In this document: piece after piece, positions 11,974 to 24,418 of the stretch
Position numbering within the stretch: position 1 is the stretch's first letter
How the letters are laid out: every line of letters begins with the position of its first letter
Assembly (NCBI RefSeq): GCF_006345805.1
Contig: NC_043008.1
Location: 52,266,001 to 52,330,000 of the forward strand
DNA length: 64,000 nt
DNA from: Octopus sinensis
Lineage: Eukaryota
Direction of reading: 5' to 3'
Program-made: the position numbers and the translations under genes
The notes under the pieces: generated by a model
Seen by the model: only the letters and a program-made list of their open reading frames with translations
Database searches by the model: none
Told to the model about the DNA's origin: nothing

Positions 11974-14239
11974 TATATATATACGTTTAAATATTTGTTG
12001 TGCAAGATTTTTTATGTGAAGTCGTGTATATGTATATGTATATATATATATATTTTTTTTTTTTCGATTCAATTTATTATTATTATTACTAGTATTGTTG
12101 TTATACATACATACATACATATATACATACATACATACATACAAGCATATGTAATGATAATAATGGGTGGATGTAAACACATGAACAAAATAAGAATAAA
12201 CAAAAACAACAAAAACAGAAAACAAAACAAAAAACAAAATACAAAATACAAACTACATGAACATATAAAATTACAAATTACATGAACATATATAAACAGA
12301 AGATACAAATATTACAGGCATCCCCCACATACACACACTAAATAAACATAAACGCACATAGAGATATAAGCATGCGCAAATGAAGACATGCAATAGAAAT
12401 ACAAAATGGCTGACGGTTAGTAAGGAGAGACACAAATAAGTGAGAAGAAAACAAAGGACCACTGATGCGGTCACAGGAGTGTGACGAAAGAACTCTGGCC
12501 GAAATAAGATTAAGATTAATGTAAAAAAAATATCACTGAAGCAAAATAACACCAAATATATAGTGCGTGTGTTTTTATTGGCTAAACTGGCAATATGACC
12601 ATTCCTAAATACCACAATATATATATTATATATATATATATATATATAATATATATATATATAATATATAGATATATATATATATATATATTATATATAG
12701 ATATATATATATATATTGTATATAGGGATATATAGGGATATACATGGAAAGAAATAAAAACTGTAAATACTCAGATGATGAACACCCATGTCTAAGAATA
12801 TAAATATTTATATATTTGCAAACTAAATTTATATGGAAATGAAAGGGATAATGTATTGCTTTTAAGTCCAATGCCCGCTTCTTGGAGTTCAGAAATATGT
12901 AATATTTGCAATGCTTGCGATTAACAGATAGGGTGTGCAAAAAGTAAAGGATATGCAACCAGTAGATGGATGCAAAGAGTGAGCAAGGGGTGGGCGAGAG
13001 AATAGTGGCATTATTGCCAGCTGATGCATGAAGCTGACTTCCTTCATTATTGGGACAAGATTGGTAAACTGTAGTTCACATTTTGTTGCAAGAAAATTTA
13101 AGGGTAGAATATATGTGTGTATATATTGCTTGCTTCCAATGTTATATAGCAAAACTGGTGCATAATGGGAAAATACTATGAAATAAGTTATCCTGAAATG
13201 TAAATATGAATGGAATAGAACAAAATTTGCATAAATCGAACAAGTGGTTGTGAAGATATTAGGGGTTTTCAGAGTATTTTGAAAATTCGGCTTTAGGATC
13301 AATACCACTAAAACCAACCCTATGGCTGCGATATGTTGATGACCCCATCATACTCTGGCCCCCACCAGGAAGATGTCCAAGTGCTGTTAGATCATGTGAA
13401 CTCAATAAAGCCATCCATACAGTTCACAATGGAAAAAGAGAAAGACAATCAGCTAGCATTCCTGCACATATTAATAACATGTACCAAGTATGGATTCAGG
13501 ACATCCGTATACTGCAAGCCGACCTTCACTGGACGATACCTCAACTTCAAATCCCACCATCCATACAGTGTAAAGAGAGGGTTTGCTTAGTGCCTAAAAC
13601 ATTGAGCAATGAATATAAGTAGTGATCGTGATACCCACCACGAAGAAATGATCAAGCTCAGTAACAATCTAATGAGCAACAACTACCCCAAAAGCATACT
13701 CTCCACTCCAGTTATGAACAAAAGAAAGGATGAAACCGATAAACTGTACACATCTGTCTACCCTTTGTAAAAGGCCTCTCCAAAAAGATACAAAAGGTAT
13801 GCAGCCCATATGACATCAGGACAATATTCAAGAGTAGTACAACACTTTGCAAATATCTCCTTCGAGTAAAACCACCAATAGAAGAGAATATGACTAAGAA
13901 CTGTGGTAGGTTATACAAAGATGAAACATGCCACCCCCTCAAAATAAGGGTAGAGGAACATCACAAAGCTGTGACGCGGAGAGATATTGATAAATCACGT
14001 AAAGCTGATTATGTATGGAAAAATGGAGACCACCTCCCCCTATGGGATGAAGTTAAAATAATAGACAGAGAACAACACTGGAAAATTCGAAAACTAAAAG
14101 AAGCAGCACATATGCTAGGACACAACAACCTCCTAATCAGACTGAGTGCAGATATGAACAGCATAAGGGAACCAGTATTAAGGAAGGATGGGAGAATATT
14201 AGATTTATAAGCCTTAAATTCACTCCATAATTGCCCTCA

Positions 14240-14340
14240 GGCATATGGCATAGTGGTTAAGTGCGCAGGCTACTAACCCCAAGATTCCAAGTTTGATTCC
14301 AGGCAGTGACTTGAATAATAATAATAATAATAATAATAAC
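14240..14340 (+). mobile_element. tRNA-like Pol III head followed by (AAT)n within the PLE terminal region
   Basis: A box TGGCATAGTGG (14246-14256), B-box-like GTTTGATTCC (14291-14300), anticodon-arm-like ggcTACTAAcc. Confidence 0.65.
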
Positions 14341-14364
14341 AACCTAGGTTCAAAATTTCCCAAA

Positions 14365-14410
14365 GACACCTGATGAAGGCTGGAGGGTATATCAGCCAAA
14401 ACGTTGTGTT
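14365..14410 (+). ncRNA. Minimal type-I hammerhead ribozyme, G12>A in this copy
   Basis: gacac-CUGAUGA-a-GGCUG(gaggguauau)CAGCC-AAAAC-GUU-guguu: 5-bp stem I, 5-bp stem II, ACGU palindromic stem III. Confidence 0.7.
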
Positions 14411-15464
14411 AATAACAAACAAGATGAGGACAAATGTCTGTCAATTGTAAATAATGTAAATAATGTATATTATTTGATGTTTAAAATTTCCCTCTACTAA
14501 ACACTTAACATTTTTCTCTCTCTCTCTCTCTTTCTCTCTACCTCTCACTTCAACAAATACTTTAGCCATGTTATTCCCCTCTTTACGTAATTATCATTTC
14601 TCTCTTTCTCTCTCTCTTTCTCTTCATCTCTCACTTCCAGTAACCACATGACAGCTTAATATGCTGCCAATAATTGCAGCTAGATTCTTCCTTCTTTTTC
14701 CATACAAATATGAAGATTTCAAATAATTAATAATTTTCTGCATACATCATTCAGTAAATCAACCCTAAAATTATTTGTCCAAATTCTTAAACTCTGAGCA
14801 ACATTAATGCTTTAGCCATTTTAAAAAGTACTACATTTTTATTCATTTTCATGTGTCAACATTGGCTGGAAAAGTTCTTGAAAATTTCAATAATGACATG
14901 TGATTGACTGGAGATATTGATTTTACAGTTGTTTGTCTTTTTTATTGCTGACAACACAACTGTGAATTGAACCACTAAATGTAGAAAATGTCTTCCCCAG
15001 GGATTGAATAGGAACAATAAAATTTGAGCTCATAATACTGATCTTCGTAGTTGAGCATATTAATCTTACAATTATTACATTTCCTTGTGTGTGTGTGCAC
15101 ATGTGTGTGTGTGTATGTGCATGCATGTTTGTGTGCATGTGCATTTGCATGCATGTTTGTGTGTCTCTGCATGAGTGTGTATGTGTGTCAGTATGCGTGT
15201 GTACATTTATGTGTACATGAGTGTGTGTACATGTGTGTGTATGTGTATGTGTAATGAGTGTGTATGTACACATCTGTGTGGTGCATGAGTGTGTGTATAT
15301 GTGTGTTTGTGTGTGTGTGTGTGTGCATGGGTGTCTGTACATGAGTGTACATGTGTGTGTGTGTGTATGTTTGTGTAAGTGAAAAATATTCCTTAAGGAG
15401 TTTAAAGGAGAAAGAAAAACAAAAAAGAAAAGAATAAAGAAGAGCTCTAAAACAAAAATCTTAC

Positions 15465-15552
15465 ATTTTTCTAAATCCACCTTCTTAAATCTACAATTTG
15501 ATGAGCAGTTGCCGACATACTTTGCTGGAAGATCTGGATTTTCAACATATGC
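15465..15552 (-). CDS. Host gene internal coding exon (AYVENPDLPAKYVGNCSSNCRFKKVDLEK + 1 nt)
   Basis: Acceptor ctattttattttAG and donor T|GTAAGA. 88 nt, phase 0 in and phase 1 out, open frame, consistent with both neighbouring exons. Confidence 0.75.
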
Positions 15553-16059
15553 CTAAAATAAAATAGTTCAACAAAGTTAACAACAGTATAGTATTTAGAA
15601 TGGTTTGATGATGATGACAATGATGATAGTAAAGATTATAATCATTATCTTCATGCTGTTGATGACAATGATAGTAAAACATTTATAATGTACAGCCAGG
15701 ACTCTGATTCTCAGTCAAAAATCATTTGAATTAGTCTACACACACACACATACGTGTATATACATTTATCATAATCATTTAATATCCATATACTATGCTG
15801 GCATGGGATTGATGGTTTGACTGGATCTAATGCAACCAAGGACTGCATCAAGCTCCAATGTCTGTTTTGACACAGTCTTTCAAGGTGGGCACCCTTCCCA
15901 ACACCAACCCATTCAAAGCTTAAACTGGGTGCTTTTTAAATATCGCCTGGACTATTGACATCTCCATGAAGTGCTCAGAACTACAAATCCTAGGGCAGAT
16001 GTAACAGGGGCAGTTTCATGCTTGGAGCTGAAGTTGATCACTATGATGAAGGGGCCGAA

Positions 16060-16443
16060 CAGGCATGACTGTCTGTGGTAGTTTACTTCCCATTCACATG
16101 GTTTCAGGTTCAGTCCTACTATAAGGCACCTTGGACAAGTGACTTCTACTATAGCCTCAAACTGACCAAAACCTTGTGAGTGAATTTAGTAGGTGGAAGT
16201 ACTGCCGTGTGTATATGCATATGAGAAAGATATATATATCCCTCTCCCCCTCTCTCTCTTTCAGAGAGGCACTGAGCAGCTATACGCACACATTCACACA
16301 CGGCAGTAACTTCCTCCTACCAAATTCAATCACAAGCTTCGGTCGACTCCGGGCTATAGCAGAAGACACCTGTCCAGAGTGCCGCGCAGTGGGACTGAAC
16401 CCGAACCCATGTAGCTAGGAAGCAAGCTCCCTAACCCACAGCC
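16060..16443. mobile_element. Two tRNA-derived SINE 5' portions in opposite orientation
   Basis: ggcatgactgtctgtggta...ggttcagtcctact...cttggacaagt (+) and the reverse-complement head ending near 16443. Confidence 0.65.
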
Positions 16444-16446
16444 ATA

Positions 16447-16498
<52 letters not shown>

Positions 16499-16499
16499 G

Positions 16500-17180
16500 A
16501 GAGTTCATGAAAAAAACAAAAGACGAAGACAGGTGGTGTACAAAACAAACAGATGTATTAGTATAATGCTCAGGAATAGAAAGTCTTTTATGCTTCGAAA
16601 GGGATACAGAAAAAAAAACAAGGAGGGGAAAAAAATGTGTGTAGTGGCTACCGATCTATCATGGCGACTGCCAGACAGAAGGGTCACACAGGAGAGCTAA
16701 GAAGTAGGGGAGAAAGTAAAGATGATCCCCCAACACGAAGGTGCGTGTGTGTATAAGAGAGTATGTATGTGCATGTGAAAGAGGGCTGGTGGTCTGGACG
16801 TGTGCGTGTATGCATGTGTAGGTGTGAAAATGTGGGGATGGGAATTGGTCAGTGCTGGTGTGTGGGTGGTGTGTTGTGATGTGATGTGTAATGTTGTATG
16901 GTGTAGTGTGGTGTGGTGTGATGTTGTTGGGAGGTGGGGGAGGTGAGAGTGGGGAAAGCACGGGTGGGGTGTGGGTTCGGCTGGAGTTTGGGGTATGTAG
17001 GTAAGCAGAGGGTGGGGGTAGAGGTGGGGTATGTGGGAGAGGGTGTAGGGGATAGGATGGGGGGATGGGAAGGATAGGAAAGGTGGAGTAGGATTGTGTA
17101 GGGGTGGGGTGGGCTTATGGGGGAGGTTTGAGGATGAAGGGGGAAGGGGAAGGTGGGTATGTGAGGAGAGAGAAAGAGAA
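16500..17180 (-). repeat. PLE-terminal-like repeat (shared with 30582-30755) followed by a strongly G-skewed low-complexity tract
   Basis: gagagttca..gaaaaaacaaaag..gaagacaggtggtgtacaaaacaaac is shared with 30585. 16850-17170 is G/T-rich with many GGG runs. Confidence 0.55.
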
Positions 17181-17199
17181 GGATTTATATATCCTTTTC

Positions 17200-17471
17200 T
17201 TTTTACTTTTTTGTCATTTGACTGTGGCCATACTGGAGCACCGTCCTTTAGTAAACTGAATCGACCCCAGGTCTTATTCTTTTGTAAGACTAGTACTTGT
17301 TCTATCAATATCTTCTGCTGAACCACTAAGTTACAGGGATATAAACACACCAACATCAGTTGTCAAGCATGTTGGGGGGGGGACCAGGACAGACATACAA
17401 CTATATATATATTATATATATAATATATCTATATATATGTACATATATATACATACATGCATATGCATTGC

Positions 17472-17504
<33 letters not shown>

Positions 17505-17709
17505 CTCTTTAATCTTTTACTTGTTTCAGTCATTTGACTGCAGCCATGCTGGAGCACCGCCTTTAGTCGAGCAAATCAACCCCGGGACTTATTCTTTGTA
17601 AGCCTAGTACTTGTTCTATACGGTCTCATTTGCCGAACCGCTAAGTAACGGGGACGTAAGCACACCAGAATTGGTTGTCAAGCAATGCTAGGGCGACAAA
17701 CACAGACAA

Positions 17710-17740
<31 letters not shown>

Positions 17741-17912
17741 CATATATACGACAGGCTTCTCTCAGTTTCCGTCTACTAAATCCACTCACAAGGCATTGGT
17801 CAGCCCGGGGCTATAGAAGAAGACACTTGCTCAAGATGCCACGCAGTGGGACTGAACCCGGAACCATGTGGTTGGTTAGCAAGCTACTTACTACACAGCC
17901 ACTCCTGCGCCT
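17200..17912 (-). mobile_element. tRNA-derived SINE, full copy at about 17505-17912 plus a 3' fragment; family also at 43720-44127, 46990-47155 and 61305-61718
   Basis: Minus-strand head ggcgcaggagtggctgtgt-gtaag...ggttccgggttcagtcccactgcg; body gtgagtggattt-gtagacggaaactga; tail gactgaaacaagtaaaag. Confidence 0.85.
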
Positions 17913-17921
17913 ATATGTGAA

Positions 17922-17963
<42 letters not shown>

Positions 17964-17982
17964 ATAAAAGATATATAAATGT

Positions 17983-18280
17983 GAAGGCACATGGCTTAGT
18001 GGTTAGGGTGTTGAAATCATGATTGTGAGATCGTGGGTTCAATTCCCAGACGAGGATTTATGTTGTTTCTTGAGCAAAGCATTTCATTCACATTGCTCTG
18101 TGATCATTTCATCATCTGACATGTGGCACATGGTGCACATGTACAGGTAATGTCGATTTGATGGGAGGAATGAACTTATGCGTACACAAACATTTAATCA
18201 TTATAAAGAAATCATCTGTGTGGTTGTTTGGCAAGAATTTACCAAACTCTCATAAGTCATCTAATGAAGGAGAGTCTACG
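17983..18280 (+). mobile_element. tRNA-derived SINE (CORE-like), older
   Basis: ggcacatggcttagtggttagg...gggttcaattccc, followed by ttcttgagcaaagcattt. Confidence 0.55.
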
Positions 18281-18330
18281 ATGATATATCTATCTATCTA
18301 TCTATCTTTCTCTCTATCCCCCCCTCTCTC

Positions 18331-18361
<31 letters not shown>

Positions 18362-18593
18362 TAGTAAGAAGTTGAGGTTATGCGAGATAATGGTGTCATT
18401 GAGACCCAAAGGTATCAAGTAATGCTGAATAAGTGCTATAGACAGACCATAGTTAAGTTCCAGATTCGGTAATATTGAGAATAAAGGGTTCAATGTTGGT
18501 TCTATGTCAGCGTGTGTATATATAAATTTTTGGCCTAATGAGATAAAAAAAACCCAAGGCTGTATAGATATTAGAGCATTTATAAATAGAAGG

Positions 18594-18648
18594 TCTTACA
18601 GCTGTTTCTAGAATATTAATTAATAATAATATCCCTTCATCAGAGAAG
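18594..18648 (-). ncRNA. Minimal hammerhead-ribozyme-like motif
   Basis: Reverse complement ucu-CUGAUGA-agggauau(uauuauuaauua)auauucua-GAAAC-AGCU-GUA-aga, with palindromic ACAGCUGU. Confidence 0.6.
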
Positions 18649-19549
18649 GTGTGGGAGGAAAAGTTAAGTCATAGTTTCAATGTGATACGAATAGAGTGAG
18701 GAGGAGGAAAGAAAATAGATGTAAGATATGTATGATTATTGAGTTCATAAATTCGTTTTATAGGCATAATGGTATATATGTGTATTATTCCAATATCCTT
18801 TGAGTAAAATTCAAAAGTCCCACAGAGTCTAATCCAAATGTAAAGTCCATCCAAAAGTAAAGTTTATAAGCAATGTAAGATTCTCTTAAAGTTGGTCATT
18901 CCCAGTAGGGAATTTATATAGAAAGTATCAGATTCCAGGTTTGTGTTTAAACTGACCTAGAAATAGGGAGTGTATTAATTTGGTCATATTGAAAACTGGA
19001 AGAGAGGAATGACAAAGAAAAAAAAAAGAAAAAAAAAGGAGAAGGGAAAAAAGAATTAAAGAGAAAGAAAAAAGAAGATTAGTAAAAATAAAAATAAAGA
19101 ATAAAACCCTTGAAGGTATGAATAAAGAGAATAAAGAAAAGAAGGAAAAAAAAATTGGTCAGTGGTCAGTGGGGGTAGTTTGAAAGTAGAGAGAGAAAGG
19201 TATTATAGTATAAATGATAGAGAAATGAGGGTAGAGGAAGTACTAAGTGTAGTAGTAGCTTTTAATTGTGAGGCAAATATATGAAGAATTAAGAATTAAG
19301 GAAATAGCAGTGTTAATTATTCTGAGAAAATATTTATGTGAAGATGTATATACATGTATATCAGATAAGTTATAGAGATAAATTACAAATACAAACCTCA
19401 TGTATCATTGTTCCCACATGTGCAGTTATCTAAATTTTGCATGCATATAAATGTTTACATATACCCACATGTTTGCATACAGGCATATCCTCACTCATAC
19501 GTATATACATGTGTATGTGTATATATGCAAATGAATATAATTAGATGGT

Positions 19550-19700
19550 TGCATATGTGAGAAACTAGCTTGCAGATTGAGCGCTGACCTCGGTAGGGAA
19601 GTCCTGAGTCTATTATGGACCATGATAGAGTATAGGGTATGTTTGCATTTTTGAGATGATGTATGTGATTGGCGAGTGATGTAGATTTACATATGCTGAG
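19550..19700 (-). mobile_element. PLE GIY-YIG C-terminal fragment (Neptune-like)
   Basis: TSLANHIHHLKNANIPYTLSWSIIDSGLPYRGQRSICKL. Confidence 0.65.
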
Positions 19701-19799
19701 AAGGGAAGATGTAATATGTATGTACATATGGATATGTTTGTACATAAATATATATGTATGTATATATGTGTGTGTATGTATATGTATATATATTTATGT

Positions 19800-20590
19800 A
19801 TTCCTCATTTATATACCTTTTCATTCCTACATAACTACAATAATCTTAGGATATATTGTTTTTATATTCCACTATTATTTCTCTTTTGATAACTTTCACC
19901 TTCCTCTGTTTATACTTTATCTAATAAGAATAATATAATACACCTACCAATTATAATAATTGATTCCTTGGTATGCATTTACATATGAATATAAAAACAT
20001 AGAAATATATGTACATGTGTTTATGCATGTTTATGCATGTTTATGTATGTATATGTATAAGTGTGTATATGTGTATGTATTTGTATTTATAATTTAACCT
20101 TATGAACTTTCTAAACTCTCTGATGAAGCCCAGAGACACACCCAAGTACCTAAATCTTATCTACCAAATACTTCAGTTCACTGAAGGGATATAAGTAGAT
20201 TGGGGTACTTTGGCCTCTTGGCTGAAACAGCTGTAAGATATAATCCTATCTTTTGTGATCTGCATTATATATTTTAATAATTACTGGTATTTTTATATAT
20301 ATTTTGTATATGTAAAGCTTACTATGCTATACATGTATGTATATTGTTATAATGGTTTTTTTAAAAATAAATATATAGACATAATATAATGTCTTAAAGT
20401 TGATCCCCTCCATTTTCTTATTGCTGTATAAATTAATCTCACCCATTTATTACATTCAGTAGTGTAATTGTCATGCAAATAAAAAAAAACAACTTGTGTA
20501 TTAATAATTGGGTTTTCTACCAGCAGTATATTGGATAGATATTATCCCTTAGTTGGTTGGATTAACAACCTCTAACTCTTTTGGAACTAT
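19800..20590 (+). repeat. Non-coding repeat of about 0.8 kb carrying a hammerhead motif; inverted copy at about 30760-31482
   Basis: Colinear reverse-complement similarity, e.g. cctcatttatataccttttcattcctaca and ctaccaaatacttcagttcactgaagggat. Confidence 0.8.
20117..20238 (+). ncRNA. Hammerhead-like motif with stem II extended to about 95 nt
   Basis: ucu-CUGAUGA-agcccagag...cucuuggcu-GAAAC-AGCU-GUA-aga. A copy with a mutated core lies at 31096-31217 (-). Confidence 0.6.
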
Positions 20591-20601
20591 ATATATATAT
20601 A

Positions 20602-20989
20602 CTAGCAGTATCACCCGGTGTTGCTTGGCTTTGTTTCGACCCTTTAGAATTGGAATTTTTGAAAAGTAAAAATTTTGCATTATGCAACTTGTTATTCTCT
20701 TCAAGTGAACATTTTTCCAGTTGAAATACACCGAAAAATGGTGACACAGCAGTCAAAAATCGTAAAAAATAGGGATTTTCATAGAAAAAAGCACCTTTTG
20801 GATGTAAATAATTTTTGGTGTTAACACCGTCCGATTTGAATTTTATCTTCTACAGAATGAAGAGCAAGCCTTCTTCTATCATACTCTCAATTTTGGTCAA
20901 CTTGCCATGCAGGGTCTCGAAGGAGATAGTGTTAGTTGAAGGCTACCAAACCTGCCACACACAGATAACTTCAGCTTTATATATATAGA
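20602..20989 (-). mobile_element. Non-autonomous Helitron
   Basis: Minus strand begins A|TCTATATATA and ends with an imperfect hairpin (ccaagcaacaccggg) then CTAG|T, i.e. inserted at an A/T site with no TSD. Confidence 0.7.
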
Positions 20990-21691
20990 TTTGCTACACA
21001 CTACTTTCCATCTTTAATAATGAAACTTGGTAGCTCCAAAAGTTAAACACACAGACACAGACACAGATACACACACAGACACACAAGTTGAGTTTTGTAT
21101 ATATAGATTTCTCAACGGGGATTTCAGGGGAGAGTTTCAGGGAGTCACTGGTGATGTATCGTGATGATCAAAAATCCTGCCTGCTAAAATTTGGTTAAAG
21201 TGATTCAAACTGCAGACTCAACGCAAAATGGTCACATTTAATTCAAAGCGTTAAAAATGTTATGAAAACAATATGGTATGTGTTCACAAAGTCCAAGCAA
21301 TTAATACAAAAAACCCTCCAGGCTACATCCCAAAAATTCATTTCTTTGCCGAATTTCTACAATGTTTACAGCGATTCATTTTTATATCTTGATTTTTTAT
21401 TTTTCATGCAATTTACGCATGCTTGCACGCGTGGTGAACACAGTTCACATCAAACAGCTGACTGAGTAAAGTTCACTATTCAATGCATGGGATAAGGCCT
21501 AAACAAACAGATTATCAATTTTTGCACTTGCGAGATGAATTTCGGAACAGAAATAGCGCAGTTCAATTTCATTCGCCTAAACTTTAAGTGACCCATTTTT
21601 GGTGGTTCTATGATTTGTTGGCTAGGAGGAGATGTGCCGGGAAGTTAAACACACAGATACACACACAGACACAAGTTGAATTTTATATATA

Positions 21692-22197
21692 TCAAAATCA
21701 AAATCAAAACAAATCAAAATAGATGAACATCAATGGAATTTGTATCTTTGTGATACCAGTGCCGGTGGCACACAAGAAAACCATCCGAACGTGGCTGTAG
21801 CCAGTACCGCATCGACTGGCCTCCGTGCTGTGGGCATGTAACAAACACCATCCGATCGTGGTCGTTCGCCAGCCTCATCTGGCACCTGTGTCGGTGGCAC
21901 ATAAAAACACCATCCGAGCGTGGCCATCTGCCAGCCTCGTCTGGCACCTGTGTCGGTGGCACATAAAAAACACCATCCAAGCGTGGCCGTTCGCCAGCCT
22001 CGTCTGGCACCTGTATCGGTGGCACATAAAATCACCCACTACACTCTCGGAGTGGTTGGCGTTAGGAAGGGCATCCAGCTGTAGAAACACTGCCAGATCT
22101 GACTGGCCTGGTGCAGCCTTCGGGCTCCCCAGACCCCAGTTGATCCGTCCAACCCATGCTAGCATGGAAAGCGGACGTTAAATGATGATGATGATAT
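21692..22197 (+). mobile_element. RTE LINE 3' UTR fragment with about 5 tandem 60-bp subrepeats and (GAT)n tail
   Basis: Repeated gtggcacataaaaacaccatcc..gcgtggcc..gccagcctcgtctggcacctgt; terminus ccaacccatgctagcatggaaagcggacgtt. Confidence 0.85.
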
Positions 22198-22419
22198 ATA
22201 CATACAATATATATTATACATGTATACATACATACAGACATACTTCCCACTAAGTGTTGAAGTGCATCCACAACCGAGTTTACATGCATGAAGGTGATGA
22301 CATCATGAGACTTGGAATGCAACACCTTAAGCAGCATTCCTTGTTTGATAACCTTAAATACATGCCCAAAGATGTCATGCAGCTCTACCAAACATATCAT
22401 GAGATTTAAAGATAAGTGT

Positions 22420-23402
22420 ACATCAGCAGAAGACCATGCATGGATATGTTAGCAGAAAACTCTTGATTGATAGTTACATTGAAGACCAAAGCAGTCTATC
22501 ATGGACTAACAACCAGATTACTAACTTCCACTTTGAAGGGTATGCATTTGAAATCCGGAAACAGGAAATATCAACAAAATATCTGATGCATAAAAGGGAC
22601 AGAGACACAGGCAAAACACCAAAATATGATAACTGATACAAACTTTGTGGAATTAACACTGAAGATATCCCCTACATCATTAGCAGTTGTCCAATAATGT
22701 CATCATGATATTATCTGCTGATGAGACATGATGCTGTATCTAAGACACTGTATAATGAGATCCATTGGAAGGATAACCTTGAGGCCAAAGAAATAAGAAC
22801 CCACAGTTTGTCAGAAGCCACAGCCACTCATAATAAGAAGGAGTACCAGAGGAATACCCCAGTGAAAACCTCAAAAAATGTAAATATAATAAGCCTTATG
22901 TAGTGATTTGGCATAGAGAAGAGAAACTGAGTACAACTGTGGAAATCAGCTGCCCAGCAGATGCTGATATAAAGCTAAAGATCAGCGAAAAAGAAAATAT
23001 CTATGCTGAACTATTGAGAGATTTACAGTTACTTTACCAAAATTGCAAATTCAGGTTTATACCTGTAATTATTGTGGCAGTGGGATTTGTAGCACACTGC
23101 CTAAGTAACAACGTTGAGAAGTTAGGCTTCTCAAAACTAGAAAGGATCTGATTTAAAGACTACATATCCAAACCATCAGTGGAACTGTAAAAATCTATAA
23201 AAATTTCTAGAAGTTTATCATTCAAGTATATATGTGCATGTCTAGACATGCATAAAACAAAGCATACAAATCTGCACATATACACAAATACATGCAAAAA
23301 TACCCTGTTAATGTTGTTGAAATTTCAAGAAAGGGGCCTTGAATCTAGGTTAGAAACCAGCTCATTCTTTATTGGTAAGAAATTGTGAAATAAAACTGAA
23401 TG
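22420..23402 (+). mobile_element. R4/Dong-type LINE 3' end with restriction-like endonuclease
   Basis: EGYAFEIRKQEISTKYL...KLCG..EDI..IISSCP...RHDAV...IW..EISCP...KENIYAEL..FIPVII. Confidence 0.8.
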
Positions 23403-23439
23403 ATGACATGCATATATATATATATATAGGCCAAAACCA

Positions 23440-23710
23440 GACATTATTGTATAGTACCAAAGGTACTATCCATCCTGTCTAATATCAGACCAAGTAGTGC
23501 AATAGCTTAGGGTTCAAAGTTGCATAGCTCTTCATTGCTCTGCCCTAAAAAGTAAGAAACCTACACAACATGGACGTGGGTGTCATCAAAAGGGAACTAG
23601 ACATTCTCCTCTCCACAATACAGGATGAACTAATGGCTCAGCATGTGGTACAAATGGGGACAGCAGTGTCATACTCCTTCATACACCAAATGGCCAACAA
23701 CCGAAGGGAA
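23440..23710 (+). mobile_element. CR1-like LINE extreme C-terminal fragment
   Basis: NSLGFKVA.LFIALP.KVRNL..VGVIKRELDILLSTIQDE. Confidence 0.55.
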
Positions 23711-24074
23711 AACGCATGCAAGGGTAGTGATATGAAATCCCTAACCCTAACCCTAAAGAAATCAGCCAAAGAAGAAAGATCTGTAAGGAATAAAAGAATG
23801 TGTGTGTGTGTGTGGGGGGAGGTATGGAGTAAGTTTTCAATTTAATCATTGCTTTCATATGTGCTACTTGACATCAACATTAAAATAATATATGTCATGA
23901 ACTGATTATAACAACAAGTATGATGTTGATGATGATGATGATATACAGATATATGATTATATGTGTGTATATTTATATATACAAGGGAGTGCTGAAAATT
24001 TCTGGGTTTGGGTAAAAGAAAATACAAGAGGAACAGTTAATTATAATTTTATTCAACATATTCTCCTCTTATTA

Positions 24075-24280
24075 TCATAAGCCTAATGAATGCTTAAGAT
24101 ATATAAATAAAAATTCTTATCATCCAAGAAGCATAATAAATTCAATTGTTAGAAATATATCTACTTGTATTGCAAGGTTCTCATCTAATGAGGATAGATT
24201 TAAGTAAACTCAAACTTATCATAACCGTGCATTATTAGAAGCTGGACATAAAGATAAGGTTTACTATATCCAGAATCATC
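24075..24280 (+). mobile_element. PLE fragment (region after the RT)
   Basis: HPRSIINSIVRNISTCIARFSSNEDRF...ALLEAGH. Confidence 0.55.
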
Positions 24281-24365
24281 ATATTAATAATGAAGTTCTA
24301 GAAAATGATAGGATTATAGAGATGTTGAAAATTAACAAAGAGTATAAGGAAACTAAAAATTTAGA

Positions 24366-24373
24366 TAATAATA

Positions 24374-24418
<45 letters not shown>

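Larger units (their letters stand above)
13320..14470 (+). mobile_element. Penelope-like element (second family), decayed RT and GIY-YIG
   Basis: WLRYVDD; IQFTMEKEKDNQLAFL; SVYCKPTFTGRYLNFKSHHP; ETCHPLKIRVEEH...WKIRKLKEA; terminal hammerhead at 14365-14410. Confidence 0.88.

Noticed and set aside
14240-14310. Functional tRNA gene (also other SINE heads)
   Set aside because: No intact acceptor stem or cloverleaf; these are tRNA-derived heads only.
21755-22035. Regularly spaced repeats resembling a CRISPR array
   Set aside because: Whole units are repeated with no unique spacers, the context is a eukaryotic LINE 3' UTR, and there are no cas genes.
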